The notes beneath the pieces were generated by a model. The model saw only the letters and a list, made by a program, of their open reading frames with translations, was not told where the DNA came from and searched no databases. Positions 63,221 to 64,000 of a DNA stretch of 64,000 nt are shown here, one piece after another. A program made the position numbers and the translations under genes. Location: contig JBPPMZ010000054.1 of the NCBI GenBank assembly GCA_051306295.1, positions 8,350-72,349 of the forward strand, read 5' to 3'. The stretch comes from Candidatus Limnocylindrales bacterium. Its GTDB lineage: Bacteria; Chloroflexota; Limnocylindria; Limnocylindrales; CSP1-4. Each line of letters begins with the position of its first letter. Positions within the stretch are counted from its first letter, which is position 1.

Positions 63221-63246
63221 TGTGGACAACCCCTGTGGATATCCAC
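63221..63246. promoter_or_regulatory. two adjacent DnaA-box-like 9-mers and a 12-bp palindrome upstream of dnaB
   Basis: TGTGGACAA (63221-63229, complement TTGTCCACA) and TGTGGATAT (63234-63242, complement ATATCCACA). GTGGATATCCAC palindrome at 63235-63246. Confidence 0.35.
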
Positions 63247-63459
63247 CCGGCCCAATTGGTCGGCCAACAAGTGGTTCATGTCGTTGTCTCAAGAATCGGG
63301 CGGCCGGATGGTCCGAGGCCAAGGCGGCCGCCTACGGAGGGTCGGCCGCTCGGATCGTCCAGACGAAGGCGGTCCGCGAGCACGAGAGCGAGCGCACCGA
63401 TGTGCGTGAGCGAACGCGCGGAGCGGACCAACGTACGGCTGGGCGTTCCCAGCGGTCGC

Positions 63460-64000
63460 CTAATCGAGCTTGCGGATGACACCAATGAGCTTCCCCTGGA
63501 TCCGCACGTCGTCATAGAACTGCGCGGGATACGCGGGGTTGGCCGGCTGGAGCCGGATCTTGTCCTTCTCCTTGAAGAAGCGCTTGAGGGTGACCGCGTT
63601 CTCTTCCACCTGGGCGACCACGATGTCGCCGTTGCGGGCCGTGGTCTGCGGGCGGATCAGGACGAAGTCGCCGTCAGCGATGTGGGCCTCGATCATCGAG
63701 TCGCCACGGACCTTGAGGACGTAGGCATCCCCGTCCGGTGCGAGCAGGTCCGGGATGGCCATCGATTCCGACGCGTCCTGGTATGCCTCGATCGGGCCGC
63801 CGGCCGCGATCTCTCCGATGATCGGGACGACGCGCGCGTCTGCCGTCGTGGATTGCGGGACGAGTTCGCTGGATAGCCCGAGTCGGATCGCCGCCGTGGG
63901 CGTCAGACGGATGGCGCGGCTTTGCGCGGCGCCACGCTCCAGGTATCCCTCACGCTCGAGGATCTGCAGGTGGTGATGGACCGCGGATGTGGACGCGAGC
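63460..64000 (-). CDS. lexA: LexA repressor (5' end beyond window edge)
   Basis: The ORF track gives only the C-terminus (VRGDSMIEA...LKRF S24 peptidase Ser/Lys dyad). My translation upstream continues open to 64000: ...AVHHHLQILEREGYLERG...VPIIGEIAAGGPIEA (Ala-Gly cleavage site). Confidence 0.9.
   Translation of the reverse strand, partial: LASTSAVHHHLQILEREGYLERGAAQSRAIRLTPTAAIRLGLSSELVPQSTTADARVVPIIGEIAAGGPIEAYQDASESMAIPDLLAPDGDAYVLKVRGDSMIEAHIADGDFVLIRPQTTARNGDIVVAQVEENAVTLKRFFKEKDKIRLQPANPAYPAQFYDDVRIQGKLIGVIRKLD

Noticed and set aside
63165-63459. A LexA (SOS) box between lexA and dnaB
   Set aside because: I saw no GAAC-N4-GTTC or TCGAAC-N4-GTTCGA type palindrome in this spacer. The lexA promoter itself lies beyond the window edge.

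Overview
High-GC bacterial chromosome segment, about 70% GC by eye. Long Arg/Pro-rich shadow ORFs occur in nearly every frame, so I called genes from recognisable family motifs, transmembrane patterns and start/stop coupling. No database search was possible, and family names come from remembered motifs. No rRNA, tRNA, cas gene, transposase, integrase or phage gene was recognised.

Layout:
- 0-5 kb, housekeeping: a partial PMT/ArnT-like GT-C, nfo, a DUF2087 protein, hpf, comF, and an unusual HTH-XRE/PD-(D/E)XK fusion.
- 5.1-5.8 kb: a non-coding tract of three tandem structured repeat units.
- 5.8-16.5 kb, minus strand: a monoderm-type Tad/Flp pilus locus. It holds DUF192, tadC, tadB, cpaF, REC-cpaE, cpaB and four tandem flp pilin genes. 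A DegS-like HK / LuxR-type RR / HK trio lies upstream.
- 16.5-48.9 kb: about 26 glycoconjugate genes dominated by polytopic GT-C-like enzymes. These include a family of six miniature GT87-like paralogs. The block also has two Dpm1/Ppm1-like GT2, one GT4, a PIG-L deacetylase, a PIG-V-like mannosyltransferase, a CelD-like GNAT, a nucleotide-sugar dehydrogenase plus epimerase, a methyltransferase, and three tandem fused membrane/spermidine-synthase-fold proteins.
- 48.9-64 kb: pcm, hipBA, an acidic disordered membrane protein, a DUF5317-MFS fusion, an HD-GYP protein, a MalT-like STAND ATPase with a C-terminal SARP module, dodecin, a zinc-ribbon protein, a lipoprotein, dnaB and partial lexA.

Best candidates for something undescribed:
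1. The GT-C-saturated glycan island with the triple SpeE-fold fusions. It looks like a PIM/GPI-like lipoglycan or protein/pilin glycosylation system.
2. Two inverted arrays of a 19-bp motif (3 copies each, 61-62 bp phasing) that bracket a 3.3-kb two-gene cassette.
3. The triplicated hairpin-forming repeat tract at 5.1-5.8 kb.
4. The reversed-architecture STAND-SARP regulator, which sits on a lower-GC patch.
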